From contig MU053594.1 in NCBI GenBank assembly GCA_013239625.1, positions 336,355 through 400,354 on the forward strand: 64,000 bases of DNA. Direction: 5' to 3'. Source of the DNA: Lama guanicoe (lineage: Eukaryota). This document shows positions 24,801-38,369 of this stretch, piece after piece. The notes under the pieces are model-generated. The model was not told the DNA's origin. It did no database searches and was given only the letters and a program-made list of their open reading frames with translations. Position 1 is the stretch's first letter. Every line of letters begins with the position of its first letter. A program made the translations under genes and the position numbers.

Positions 24801-27529
24801 TGAAGTTCGAGAGGGATTAGCTGTTTTGGAAAATCAAATATAAAAGGCTGGACGTGAGCTGTCTGCATCTGGGAGCCCTAAGGAGAGCGCTCGTGGGCCT
24901 TGACCGGGGGTGAGAAACTTCCGAAAGGGGCAGCTTTGCTGGTTTTTGTTTTTTGTTTTTGTTTTTGAATCCGTTTTAAGGCAGTGCTGTTTTAAAAGAT
25001 TCCAAAGCAGACCGAAGTTAGCTAACTTAAAGCCAGGATTTATCAACACCGCGTGAAAGACATGGGGTCCTTGTTACCACTTCCTACCTTCCACCCCCCC
25101 CCCTTTTTTTTAAAGAGCAGAGAGCAGTCTCCCCAATTACTGCATTTATCACTGTAGATTTTTAAGGAAGGGGGAGGAACACCGCGATGAATAGAAGGTA
25201 TGCTGATAATGCTTTCCCAGTCCTATTATCTAAGACGATTGAGATCAGTACAAAGATTTCTGGGCTAAGATGGTAAGAGTAAAAGGACACTAGTTTGAGA
25301 GAAAATCAAAAGGCTAATGTCTGTGCGAAAAAAACTTGGGAAGTGGGCAATTTGAGAATGTCTTCTACTGTTACCTTGGAATGTATATAACACTACTACC
25401 CGGTCACCCCTCCAGTGCTGCGCTTTTTCAAGACAGAATGGGAAACCTGTACCAAGTATTCAAATGCGAGTTTGGAAATGAGGAGTTGCATAAAGTATTT
25501 ACAAGACAAAGCTGTCAGATACCTCCACGTGAGAAACCTTTTCTGCTTTTTATTCTTTTCAGGCACTCAGGAGACCGATAGTGTACAAAGTGACCACCCT
25601 TCCCTTTTAAAGTCCTGTAGTAATAAAAGATACCTCCAGGCCCTGGGCTTCAAAATGAAAGTAGGCGTATGCTATTTCATGTGCTGATTTCTAATAGAAA
25701 TATTGTTAGGTGTTTATACATGCCTGTTGGAATCTGAGTCAGGATTTTCTCCTGTTTCTCCAGTTTCAGAGATCAGTGCTCTTTGTTTTTAGCACAGTGA
25801 CTTAAAAACAGGTGGGAAAGTCTTAGTTTGGGGGCAGTCATGTTAATGTAGAGAAGACACTATTTTTAAGGGAGAGCAAGTCATACTTAAATTTGTTGGT
25901 TGAGACCATGTGCCTGTTGATCATCAGCAAATGCATTTACCTCTGCCACCATTTGAGAGGTGACCACTGCCTCGGCGCTCTGAGTTTATATGCGAGGTGT
26001 TTGATGAACACTTGTATATAAGTCATAACTATTTTTGGAAAGCTTGGAACTCCAGTGGCTGTGGCTGGCTGGAGGACCCTGATTCCTGGCAACCTGCACA
26101 GCGATGACATTTACTGTTCTTCCCAATGATTCGCCCCATACAGACAGCCGATAAGCTTGGAATGCTTGATAATGTTGCCCGTTTTGTTTTTGTTAATGTG
26201 AAATGCTTGAGGTTCGCAGGCTAGCTTGAAGGAATCTTCTGTGGGGAGGGTGCATTTCACATCTCAGAGGAAAGGTTTTAGTAACTTCTTGTGCATCTTC
26301 CTAAGTTGCCTGTTAGAACTCTACTTTGAATTCTCTGAAGCATTCTGCGTTGCCCTTAAAGGATCCTTAATTGTTCTAATTGTGGGGAGCTCCCCTCCCC
26401 TGATGCTCAGAAGCTATTTAAAACCTAGAATGCTTCCCTTCCCTTATTGTTCAGTTGTACTTGGGACAGGCAGAACCCGTTAACAGCCTCCCGAGAATTT
26501 TAGTGAAAGAGGAATGTAGTGCTCTTGAAATAAGTTCTCAGTATGTACTCGAGTCTAAAAGAGGGTATGATTTTACTCGATTCTTATCTTAGATGAAAAC
26601 CAGCAGCAATGTTTTCTGTTATTGCAGGATAAACAACTTGAAGGCAGTTTGGTTCTTATAAACCTGTCATCCTTGACACCTGTCCTAGGGAGGGCTCGCC
26701 TCACATTCGGCTAACGGGAGCCCTATGAAAACCTGTCAGTTACAGTGAAAATTTAGTGCTTTCTTTTGGTTTATTGGCTTTTCTTTCTTTTACTTTGTCT
26801 CTTTATTTGTGATTTTTGGAACATCAGTAAGTCAGTGCTTGGCTTCCACGGCTCTCATGCCTCCAGCTATAAACAGTTTCTACTCACAGAGTAAGTAGTT
26901 TTTACAAAACACATTGACAGTAACACCTTACCAGGCAAGAGCTTTCCATGTGTTCTGTTTCATCAAAGTTTAAAGCAATAGCCAAGGGAAGGATGATTTT
27001 TCAAGGAACACAATGATGCTGATAATAGTAGTAGGTTAATTGAGCATGGACTATATGCCAGACTCTGTGCTCAGAACTTGTGTGTGTGTACATGCGTGCG
27101 TGCGTGCGTGTGCGCACTCAGAACTTAACATACGTTATCTCAGTACTTATGACAACTCCAGGAATTTTTCTCATTTCTTTTTAAATACTTTGCCCAAGGT
27201 CTCCCAGCTAGTAAATGGCATAGCCAGGACTGAATCCAGGCACTTGTGACTCCAAGAGCCCAAGCTGACCCTGATCTTACTTCCTAGTCAGTGGACCCAT
27301 TGCCTTGGGTCAGAATCTTTCTGTTACTCTCTAGAACTCTCCTCTTGAAGTTTCAGACTTTCAATCTTCCCTGCACCTTTTTCTAGATAACCTTCCTTTC
27401 TACTAGACTGAGTTTGCTGATACCTAAAGAGCTGTGTCTCGTTTTTTGTGTGTGTGTGTTGTTTTTTTTTGCCTCTTGAGCATCTCTTTTCTCTCAGTGG
27501 AATAGGTACCCTTCTCCCTTCAGTTTTTA

Positions 27530-27725
27530 GAGATGAATCTATATCAGTGGTGTCTAAAGACCTTTTTGATTGTGACTCCTGGAGGAGAATACTATTGTCA
27601 TCAAGTGGGTAGAAGCAAAGTGGGTAAATGCTAAACATTCTGCAGTGTACAGGATAGCCACGCCCCCCCCCAAAGAAAAGTTGTCTGGCCCAAAACATCA
27701 GTAATTTTGCACTTAAGAAACCCTG
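27530..27725. mobile_element. MER20-like element
   Basis: TGTCTAAAGAC...TTTGATTGTGAC...ATGCTAAACATTCTGCAGTGTACAGGATAGCC...TTAAGAAACCCTG. Confidence 0.65.
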
Positions 27726-27819
27726 ATTTAGATGATGTCTCTCTTCTCCCTCCTAAGTTTTCTTACATCTTTATCCTAGCCTAAGCCCCAGGCACCTTCA
27801 GTGTCTTCTGCTCCCTTGT

Positions 27820-28130
27820 AACTCGGCATGGTCCACGGACCAGCAGCATCCGCATCACCGGCAGTTTGTTAGAAATGTAGAAGTTTGGGTGTGCTGGAGC
27901 CAGCTTGTGCTTGGACTGCCTCTCCAGCTGACTGTGTACATTTCTGCCCAGCTCTGTGGTCAGTGACCTCACATTGGTAGCTTGAAATCGTGGGCAGTGG
28001 GAGTATTTCTACTAAGGAAATAAACAAGCTCCACAAATCCACACACCACTGTTTGCGCCTCCACCCTAGACCTGTTGAATCAGACTCTGCCTTTTGACAA
28101 GATCCCTGGGGGATAAACTTTGAGAAGCTC
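27820..28130. mobile_element. MER5A interrupted by a MER63A-like element (~27888-28050)
   Basis: MER5A halves TGGTCCACGGACCAGCAGCATC...TTGTTAGAAATG and CCTAGACCTGTTGAATCAGACTCTGC flank MER63 sequence ending CACACCACTG. Confidence 0.65.
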
Positions 28131-30379
28131 TTTCCTGCTGCACAGAATTCCCATTTTCCATTCAGCTGTGCACACTTGTCCTTAGCCCTCAAACAAAATA
28201 GCAGCAACAGCAGAATCCCCTTCTGCCCCGTCCAGCTGTTGCCTTGTCCACCTCCTTCCTTTTATCTTGTCTACTTTTTGAACAGATTTTCTAAATCCAC
28301 CTGTTTCCTTCCTAAAACGGTTTTCCAATTACCACTGTAATTCCAACTTGTAGAAAATTTGAAAAACACAGACCCAGGCAAGATTAGCCATTGGCTGGTA
28401 GAAGAGTTTGTTCCCAGTTTCCGCCACAGACCTTGAGGTGCAGCGACAGCTTCTGCAAAAACCCAATTAGGAGGTGGCTCTGGTGATGAGTTTAGGCTCC
28501 AGGAAGAAGAGGGCTGATTGCCCAGAGGCCTGCAGAGAGGCTGACCAGGCAGCAGAAGATTAGATTGTAGGGCAGGGCGTGGTTTTCTGTGATCAGCATC
28601 TCCCAGGCCACCCAGCCAGAGCCTTGCCAGCAGTAGGCTTTTAGTATTTGTTCCCAGCAAATGAAATGGATCTCTTGGAGGTGACCAGTGACTAACCACC
28701 TTCCTGTCAAATCAGTGGCTTTTCAGTCCTAATTCATTTTATAGTCTCCTTTGGTTATTCAAGTACCCCCTAAGTCCCATTTTCATGTTTTCATTTGTGA
28801 TGATTGTTCATTGACACTTTTTGGTTGATACTTATCTTGGCATTTGATTTTACTGCTACTTACTGTCAACTGTTCTGCTTTTTCTAAAAATTTCCAGAGT
28901 CTCATCACAGAGGTATAGCAGGACGACATCATTTTACAACTTTCTTAGGGAAATTCGCCCTGGAAAATATGTTTGAACTTGACCCACTGTAGCCTTCCCC
29001 ATCTTGCAAATGCAGCAACTGGTCTAGGGAGTCCATTGACTCACGATCACACCGTCTGGGGCAGAACCCTGGCCTCAGGCTTCAGCTCAGGGCCCTCTTA
29101 GTGCGCCCAGTGCTGCAGCTCCCCTGCCTCCTGAGCTCCCTCCCGTGGACCCTTGGGCCCTGTCTTCCTCTGGCCCGTCTGCCTTTCCTCTCTGCCAGGG
29201 GTGGACTTGTTTGCTTTCTCGGTTGTCGCTGTCCTTTTACTGACTGCTTCTAGATCTGCATTTCTTATCCCAAATTGCAGATGACTTCTCCCCCTCTCCA
29301 AATGCTTTTTGAAAGGTTCTGCTTGTGTATCCACCTCCTTGGCTATAAACACTTGCTGCAGAGCTCCGTTCCCACAGTTACGAGGCCAGGCACTGGAATA
29401 TACACTTGTAACTGTAGCATCTGCCATATGCCAGCTGCTGCCCAGAGCACTTTTCTGTACATTTTCAATCTTTACAAAACACTACAAGGTATGAATTTTC
29501 ATGTCTTATCACTGATGGGGAAACTCAGACCCAGATATTAATATAGCTTGCAAGGTCCTAATAGATTTTAAACCAAAGTCTGTTTGCCTCCACTGCGGAT
29601 GACAGAAGTGACTTACTCAAGATTAAATTTTAAGTAGCGCAGTTGGGACTTGAGACATTCTGACTTTCCCCACTGCAATGCATGTCTTTCTAGAACCAAA
29701 CTTTTTGACTGCCACTTGACAATTTACAAAACACTTTAACATATGTTCTCATTGAACCCATATGGCAACCCTATGAAGTAAAATTTAGTGTAACTAGGAG
29801 GTAGACTTTGCAAAGTGACACAGCCAGTAAGTGATAAAACCAAAATCACAGCAGGGGTATTTTTGTCTTCAGATGTCTGTATTTCCACTACAACCTCTAG
29901 ATGAGTTTTATTGGATGGGCAGGTCACAGTATTTTACATTCATACAATCATTTTTTCATTTTAGTAACAATTCTTGTATGTATTACTTTGCTTGATAGTC
30001 ACAGTAGTGCTGTCAAAGCTTAAGCTGTACTTTGTTTTCCAAATGTGGAAATTGATGCTCAGACAAGTTGAAATTTCCCCAGAGGCTAACATGTGGTGGA
30101 ATCCGGGCTACTTAGTCCTATTTCCACTGTGAAGGCTTTCTAGTAAAAAGGGAAGTCAAAATATCAGACATTCAAAGCCACATTAAAGATCTGCGTGAAT
30201 AGGAGCTGGCAGCTGCTGCATGATGGTTGTAGTTGGTTTAAACCCGAGATGTCCTAAACAAATATTTCCCCTTTCCAGCATTCCTGCCCAAGTTAGCACT
30301 TTCCTGGCGTCTTTTTTCTTTTTTGGTGTGCGCATGCGTACATGTACACACGTGCTCATGCAAGCATAGAGCTCTCGAT

Positions 30380-32090
30380 TTTTATGCTGTTGAGTTGAAA
30401 TTCCTATAGTATAAAATTAACTATTTTAATGTGTACATTTAGTATATTGACAATACTGTGCAATCACCATTTCTGTTTTAGTTCCAAAACATTTTAATCA
30501 CTAAGTGATCACTCCCAACTCCCCCTCCCCCCAGAAAGCCTCCCCCAGCCCCTGCTTTCTGGCTCTGCATTTACCTGTTCTGGACATTTCATATAAATGG
30601 AATCATACAATACGTGACTTTTTGTGTCTGACTTCTTTCACTTAGTTTAATGTTTTCAGGGTTCATCCAAGTGATAGCACGTATCAGTACTTCATTCCTT
30701 TCAGTAATGACTGATGTTCTGCCCTGTGTATTACATCTTACCCATTTTTTCCATTGGTGGACATTTGTTGTTTCCACCTTTTGGTTTTTATGAATAATCC
30801 TGCTGTGAACATTTATGTACAAATATTTGAGTACCTGTTTCCAATTTTTTTCCAATTTTTTAAAATTTTTAATTAATTTATTTTTTAATGGAGATAATGG
30901 GGATTGAACCCAGGACCTTGTGAATGTTAAACAGGTACTCTACCACTGTGCTATAACCTCCTCGCTGTTTCCAGTTCTTTTGGTATGTACCTAAAAGAAT
31001 TGCTGCATCATATAGTAATTCTATGTTTAACATTTTGAGGAACTGCCAGACTTCCATGGCAGCTGCACCATTTTACAATCCTACCAGCAATGCGCAAGGG
31101 TTCCAATTTCTCCACGCCCTCCCCAGACACTTGTTATTTTTCATTTTTGCTTTGTTTTGTCTCATAATAGTCATCCTCGGGGGTGAACTGGTATCTCATT
31201 GAGTTTTGATTTACATTCTCCTGATGGCTAATGTTAAGTATCCTTTCTTACGCTTATTGGCCATGTGTGTATAGTCTTTGGAGAAATGTCTGAATGTCAG
31301 TTCAAGTCCCTTGCTCATGTTTTAATTGGGTTTGTTTGTCTTTAATTGTTTGAATAGTAAGAATTTTAATATAATCTGGATACTGGGCCCTTATCAGATT
31401 TATATGAAAATATTTTTTCCCATCCTGTAGGTTGTCATTTCACCGTCTTGATAATGTCCTTTAATGCACAAACGTTTTTAGTTTTGATGACATCCCACTT
31501 AACTATTTTTTCTTCTGTTGCTTGTACTTTTGATATCTTATAAAAAGAATCCATTGCCAAATTCAAGACCATGAAGCTTTACCTCAAACTTTCTTTTAAA
31601 AGAAAGTATTTTAACTCTTATGTTTAGGTTGTTGATCCATTTTGAGTTAGTATTTGAATATCGTGTGAGGTAGAGATCAAACTTCATTCTTTTGCAAATG
31701 ATTCTCTAGTTGTCCTAGCACTATTTTCGTTTGTGGTGTATGTAAATGTAAGGCATACATTGTATTACTTTGGTAAATTTGTATAGTATGATATGGGTGC
31801 TGTTTACATCACAGTGGGGTTTATCACGCTACATACAGTGCAATACTATTATCTGTGTTAATAACTGTGCATTAAGTCTCTATGGCTCTTTTAGTACTAG
31901 TTGCAAATTTGTACTTTTAAACACCATCAATCTTATCCCTGTAGCACCCCAGTACCGCTTTTTGAAGGGGCTATTTTTCCCCATCGAATGGTCTAAGAGG
32001 CAGTCTTGGTCAGAAATCAGTTGACCACATCATGTTGAGGAAATGTCCTTCTATTCCTAGTTTCCTAGTCATTTTCATCATGTACCTAAT
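30380..32090 (-). mobile_element. Old L1 (L1MB-like) 3' region with nested inserts
   Basis: TTCTGGACATTTCATATAAATGGAATCATACAATA..., TTTGAGGAACTGCCAGAC, TTGAGGAAATGTCCTTCTATTCCTAG. Confidence 0.75.
30851..30964 (-). mobile_element. tRNA-derived SINE (camelid type)
   Basis: GGGATTGAACCCAGGACC...CTCTACCACTGTGCTATA; approximate TSD CTGTTTCCA(A/G)TT. Confidence 0.85.
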
Positions 32091-33890
32091 TTTTGTACCA
32101 TTAAAATAAGTTATCAATTTCAGGGGATTTAGTTTCATCCACAAAAAACTGCTATTTGTCACTTGTAGAGGACCATAACCTGAAGACGCTTTAGATTTCT
32201 GCTTTATGAGTAAACTGGACCGACATGGAGTTGTTGTTGGAAAAAACTGAAAAAATACCAGGGCTTTTGTGGACTTGGTCCTTGTTTTGTGGAAGTTGGA
32301 AAGGATAGTGGCAGTCTTAGAGTGTGTTGTTAAGACCCAGTTGTACAGACTGGATTTCTGGAGTTGCTGCTGTATATTTTCTTTGACTCCAAAGTTATTT
32401 CTTTGCTTTCCTTGAATACTTAAGTTTATTTTAAAATTAGAAAGCCAATCTTTAACTTTGGAGGGAATTTTATTAGGCACACCTTGGTCGTTCTTTGGAG
32501 TAAAGTAACAGTTATCAAAAATTATTTAATTAAGTTTAAATTTTAGAAATGTCTTTGTAATAGTACACAATTGAGATGGAGGAAGTGTGTGCATCAGAAT
32601 GATGAAAACAGCATCCCTGTTTGAAAGAACTGAATAATCTAGAAAGCACCTCATCACAATGCTAAATCGGGTATTTTGACGATTGTGAGATTAGTAATCT
32701 CACTAATTTGCTTCATCTGATGAGAGAGAATTTTAATTTAGTTGCAGTAAGATTAGGCCAGTTGTTTATTACAAAAACTTGAAAGCTTAATGTTTTAATT
32801 GTGTGAATAATCCTGTTTATTGCTTATTTTGCGGCGAGTTATTGTCTTAGTTTTATGAAAACCTCAGTTCCGAGAAGTGGACTGGTTTGCACCAAAGCCA
32901 CCGAGAAGCTGAGGTCAGAAAGCTTGAGTTCCTTCCTTCTAGAGATTTATGTGTGCCTGTCTTTCTTCATTGCCTCTGGACAGGAAAAGAGAGTGGTTTT
33001 TGTTTTATGAAAATAATGTGTTTTTAGCTAAGGAAATGCAGGCATGTTGGTTCTCGCCAGTTATTTGACTTCGTTATGACTGGAGCACAGGCTTTGTCTT
33101 GTCTCCTGTTGGGTGTGTCCTTTATAAGTAGCATCAGAGTTAGGGTGAAGTGAATGTTTAAAATCCGCTTCCTGTGAAGTTCCAGGAGAAACTGTCGGAG
33201 TCAGTAGCACAGTAGGTCCCTAATGCACTTAGCTTGTCTGTTAGTGTAAAATTAACACGTAACACATAGTACTGATGAAGATTTGGGTTGTGGGTACTGC
33301 TGAGAATTTAGGTTTAACTAAATATTTATCAGACTGAGTCATGTCACAGCAGTTTTTTTTGTGGGTCAATAGCATAGCTTAATCCTTGTGAAATGTATCA
33401 TCCAAACTCTTAATAGTTACCTTTGATTAATCTTTTGATTCAAGACATTTGATGGCAAAAACAGGTTTTGTAAGCCTTAGTTTTCTAATTTGTACAACGA
33501 TGATAGTGATTTTTAACTTTTACAGTTGTTACGAGGATTACACGTAGGTGAGGCACACAAGGTTCCGACAGGCGTCCAATAGGTGTTAGTTACAGTTGTT
33601 AACAGCACTGTCCTACGGACGATTCAAATCAGGCGGGATGTCGTATGGATCTTGCCTGTACAGAGGCAAGAATTTCCCATTTAAAACAGTTAGAGAGCCG
33701 CATGGTGAGAAATACCAGGTGAAGACAGTAAGTCCCATTCATTCACAGGCTCCTTCCTTCCCTCCACTTGGGAGGTTAGAAAGGGCAGAGAGTAGTACGG
33801 GACTGGGTTCTGGAAGGAGGTGAGATGGATATGACGTTGCTCTTGGAGCTGTACCACATGATTTTACGTGTTGTCACCTCTGCTCAATAG

Positions 33891-33992
33891 TGTTTGTTTT
33901 TTTGGTTTTTTAATGGAGGGACTGCGGATTGAACCCAGGACCTCGTGCATGCTAATAAGCACATGCTCTACCACTGAGCTACACCCTCCCCA
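33891..33992 (-). mobile_element. tRNA-derived SINE (camelid type)
   Basis: GGATTGAACCCAGGACCTCGTGCATGCTAA...CTCTACCACTGAGCTACACCCTCCCC. Confidence 0.85.
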
Positions 33993-36856
33993 CCAATTGC
34001 TTTTGAAAAAGGGAAACTTAGAGTTTATTTTCATTTCCTGAGTGTATTATTCCAGATGTGTTAATGTCCACTGCTGCCTATTATAAAGTGGAGACGGGAG
34101 TGGGACTGTAGTCCAAGGGCAGATATAATGATGAGTAAATTATTTACGATTTGAACACTGTATTTCATCTACTCACATTTATTTGGCATTCTGAAATCTC
34201 TGAAACTGAGATGCTCCTTACATTAATACCATCAGAGTAGCAGGTGTAATGTGGTTATCATGGTTGGCGCGTGTATGGGCTGGGACCTCGCTGTTCCTGC
34301 TGTCATGGTAGTCAAGTCATGTGCACCCAATGGTTGGGACCACACAGTTAGTTTACTTGTCATTTAAAATGGCTTAAAAAGATCACACTGTACTTCAACA
34401 TTGAAACAAAAAAAAAAAACCACACGGAGAAGGGCATAGAAAGGGAACAGAAGGGTGCAAATATGATTTTATGTGAAGTAAAATATTTTTCATTGGAGGA
34501 ATGATTACAGTTCCAAGTTTTTTTTACAAAGCTACAGTCAAGGACCTGAAAACAGAAGATAATATACGTGTTTTAAGCTGTTTTTTTTTTGTTAACAGAG
34601 AAATATGCAAAAGAATTGCCTATTGCATGCCCAGGCGGTGCACCTGGAAGGGGGTGAATTGCTGTATTTCTTAGTGTGAATGAGCCATTTTAGAGCTGCA
34701 AGAAGCTGGTGTGACTGATGCATGTGTCTCCTAGGACTGTCATGAAGGCCGTGTGTCATAGCTTCAATGGCAGCAGTTTTCCTCTTGGGTGATACATAAA
34801 ATAATGGTGCTTTTTATAACGGATGGCACCTCAGAGTCAGTTCAGTATCGTACTTACCTCTCCACTTTCTGATGATAGCTTATTTGCAACTGATTATATA
34901 CGGAGTAATCAAAATTGCGATTTTATGAAGGCAGCTAAAATAAAAATAGGAAACTTGTTAAGATGCAGAGATCAAGGTCAAAATATAAAAATAAAGTATT
35001 TGCATTGTTTTGCATTAAATAGGTATTCCGGCCTGTTCTCTTTGTTTTCGTACAGCATGGCATAGAGGTTAGTGGGCGGACCCTGCAGGCAGGCAGCCGG
35101 GGGCAGACCCCAGCCCCGCCTCTTACTAGCAGTAACTTCGTGTAAGTTACTCAACCCCACCGTGCCTCAGTTTTCTGTCAAGTGGGTGTAATGTCTGTCT
35201 CCCAGGTTTGTTACAAGGATTAAATAAATCAATACGCATGAAGTGTTCAGAACAACACCTGGCTGAAAGTAAGCGGTGTGTGAGCTGTTACTTTAACTGG
35301 ATTATTTTCTGTGATTCCTGTGCCACTTGGTTCATAGAGTAATTTGAGGTGAAGCTGCGATTATCTATCCCATTGTCACCTTCTTGGTTCCAGTTCAGGG
35401 TTAATAAGCTACTCATTTCCCCCTTCCCAATTACTGTTCTGCTGTTTTTTTTTTTTTTTTGGAGTACGTTGATGTGGAATTTTTAGAAAATTGAGTATGA
35501 TTGAGATATATAGATTCATGTACTTTTGCACAGTAAGAGCAATGGAATTAGAACTAGTTTGAAAAAACACTTGTTAATATTTCATTCTTCTAGAAATCAC
35601 ATGCTGTGTTTTCAGTGTTTGCCAAGTTTAAATCTGGACACCTGTTGGTCTGAGAGTCCCTCCCCCGGTGCCCAGCCTCGGAGACTGCTGGGCTCAGCAG
35701 GGCAGGGCTCCATTTCTAGCCTGTGACGCTGGCCTGGGACTCGCACAGAAAGACTGTCGCTGCTTCTCCGAGGACGGTACCGAGTGTTTCAGTTTGTTAT
35801 TTCTGGTGGTATGACCCTTACGCGTTGCCTTGGACTCTCGGCCATTGAAGAGCAGAGGATACTGTTTCTGTCACAGCTGACAGCGTAAACTGCCTCTTGG
35901 AGACATAGGACAACAGAAAGATAATTAATGGTGAAGCGTCAAGTGTTGAATCGGGGCTTCATTCTAGGCTAATCTTAGGAATGGTGTAAATTAGATTTCC
36001 TCTCACTGGACTGAATTTAAACTATTTTGTTTTCAGTATTCGTCTGAAAGATCGCTGTGTCTTCCCTTGGCCAGCCAGCTGTTTGCATTGAGCTTCCTTG
36101 TAAATAGGTGTTTTGTGTTAACTTTTGTCTTTGTGTGAAAGAGGTTAAAATGCTCAGTGAAGACTTCTAAGGCTGAAGAGGGTTATAAACGGATCTTGTA
36201 GCTGGACATTAATAAGAAAGGTTTTTCCACGATTCAGTTGAATGAAGAGAAAGCGTTCCCTGCTTTATTTTTGTCCCTCTGGAATTTTATTTATAATTCA
36301 GAAAATTCTCACTTCATCTATACTTTTTAAGCAGTCAAGGCTAAAGTTTCCTATATGATGTTGGTAGTATCATTTGTTAATTACAAGATTGGAAACTTAT
36401 TGTCAGTGAAAAATGACACACACAAATGGCATGCGCAGTGAAGCTTAAAATAGCACATCTCCACATCCATGCAAATTCCCTGGACTCCTTATAATGACCT
36501 ACTTAACGCACTGCCCACAGAGAGAAACCCGAGGCACTTTGGGCGTCCATTAAGACTAGAATATTACGTTTAAATGTTTTCTGTATTTGTAGTTTTACTG
36601 TTTACTCGTATTTCTTCCCCAAGTGCCGAAAGCATTTTCCACGATGAGGCTTTTAAAAGAGCAATAGATTTGGCATTTCAGAATGTGCCTGACAGTCAAT
36701 ACCTTGTTGCTTAGAGCTTGTTGGTTTTTTAAAGTAAGAAATGCAAGTCTCAGGCCTGTTTACCCAAGATGCTTGTACCTGCTTAAATGTATCCAGGCTT
36801 ACTTTCTGATTGACATGTGTCTGTGGGTTTTTTGTTTGTTTGTTTCTCAAATACAG

Positions 36857-36934
36857 AGCTGCCAAATGCTGTTAAATCAACTGAGAGAAATCACGGGCAT
36901 TCAGGACCCTTCTTTTCTTCATGAAGCTCTGAAG
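36857..36934 (+). CDS. USP28: USP28 exon 2 (SCQMLLNQLREITGIQDPSFLHEALK; UBA)
   Basis: ATACAG| acceptor, AAG|GTTAGT donor, 78 nt, phase 0-0. Confidence 0.97.
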
Positions 36935-37008
36935 GTTAGTTTCAAGTCCCCGATTAGTCAACAGGGTTTAAGACAGTTGTTTGTACCATAATTTTGTCAG
37001 TTCAAGCC

Positions 37009-37152
37009 TTTTTTTTTTAATTTATTTTTAAGGGGGAGGGAGATAATTAGGTCTATTTATATACTTATTTTTAGAGGAGGTATGGGGGATTGAACCCAGG
37101 ACCTCATTCATGCTAAACATGAGCTCTACCACTTGAGCTACATCCTCCCCCC
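37009..37152 (-). mobile_element. tRNA-derived SINE (camelid type)
   Basis: GATAATTAGG...GGGATTGAACCCAGGACC...CTCTACCACTTGAGCTACATCCTCCCC. Confidence 0.85.
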
Positions 37153-38132
37153 TGTTCAGCCTATTTTTATACCAAAAAGAAAGTGCATGTGTACAGGGAC
37201 AGAAGTTCTACAGGTCAAATGAGCCAGTGTCTTCAATATGTAAGTTATAAGGGCAGGAAAAAGTTGGGGAGGGAGAGACTCACAGTGGGGGGAACTCTAC
37301 AGCGTAAGGGAAGTTTAAGATACATATCAGCTAATTACACTGTGTGGACCTTTTGTGGATCCTGATTCTGACAAACTAAAAAATATTTGAGTCAGGGAAA
37401 TTTGAATTGGTTATTTGTGTGAGGCTATTAGCATTGTGGGTTATATATATATATATATATATTTTTTTTTTTTTAAGATATGTTCTGAAGTGTTGACTGG
37501 TAAAATGATAAGACGCTGAGGATTTGCTTGGAAATATCTGGGAGGGGGAGGCAGAGTAGGTAAAATAAGATTGACCCTGGCTTCATAATTGTTGAAGCTG
37601 AGTGATGGGCACGTGGCGTTCACTTACACACTCCCTCTCCCGTTGTATATGTTAGAATTTTTTTCCTAAGCAAAAGTTAAAAAGAAATAGAAGCATGGTC
37701 ACCTCTGCAGAATATGGTGCCTGTTTGGCAGTTTTATCGTAGGAGCTGACTTCATTTGGAATCTGTGTTAATTGCCAGCTCCCTTTTGATACATCCTGCC
37801 TTGTCAGTTCTGTGAAATCAGGAGGAGGAGTGTTCAGAGCAGTGAGCACAGCTCTCCAGCAGGAGTTCATTCTCGTTTGCATGTTGTGGGAAATCAGAGC
37901 GTAGCAGCTCCCTCACTGTAACTAGGAATTTGATATCAATGCTTTAACCAAAGTAGATTCACTATCCTCCACCGTACTCTGTTTTCTACTTTATAGCCCA
38001 GAATTATGCCTAGACTTACTCAGTATGTCACCAGGGTGTGAGGAGTTACAACCAAAAAACTAACTTGACTACTTATTTTGCATGCTGTGATGCTTCACTT
38101 TTGAAATTTCTATTTTTTTTTCCTCCCCTTAG

Positions 38133-38265
38133 GCCAGTAATGGTGACATCACCCAGGCAGTCAGCCTTCTCACTGATGAAAGAGTTAAAGAGCCCAGTCA
38201 GGACACTGTTGCTACAGAACCATCTGAAGTCGAGGGGAGTGCTGTCAACAAAGAAGTATTAGCAA
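38133..38265 (+). CDS. USP28: USP28 exon 3 (ASNGDITQAVSLL...PSQD...NKEVLA)
   Basis: Polypyrimidine tract plus TAG acceptor, GCAA|GTGGGT donor, 133 nt. Confidence 0.97.
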
Positions 38266-38369
38266 GTGGGTATATCCTGTCTTGGTCCTGCTCTCAACTA
38301 GCAGAAAATCAGAGATGAGTTTATGTGAATGTCCTGTCAATCATGTCAACCCTTTGGACGTAATGGTAA

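Noticed and set aside
24044..24868. 274-aa antisense ORF and other long overlapping ORFs (158, 190 and 110 aa) with poly-E/poly-G runs
   Set aside because: Expected by-product of a stop-poor CpG island and (TCC)n/(GGC)n repeats; low complexity and no recognisable domain
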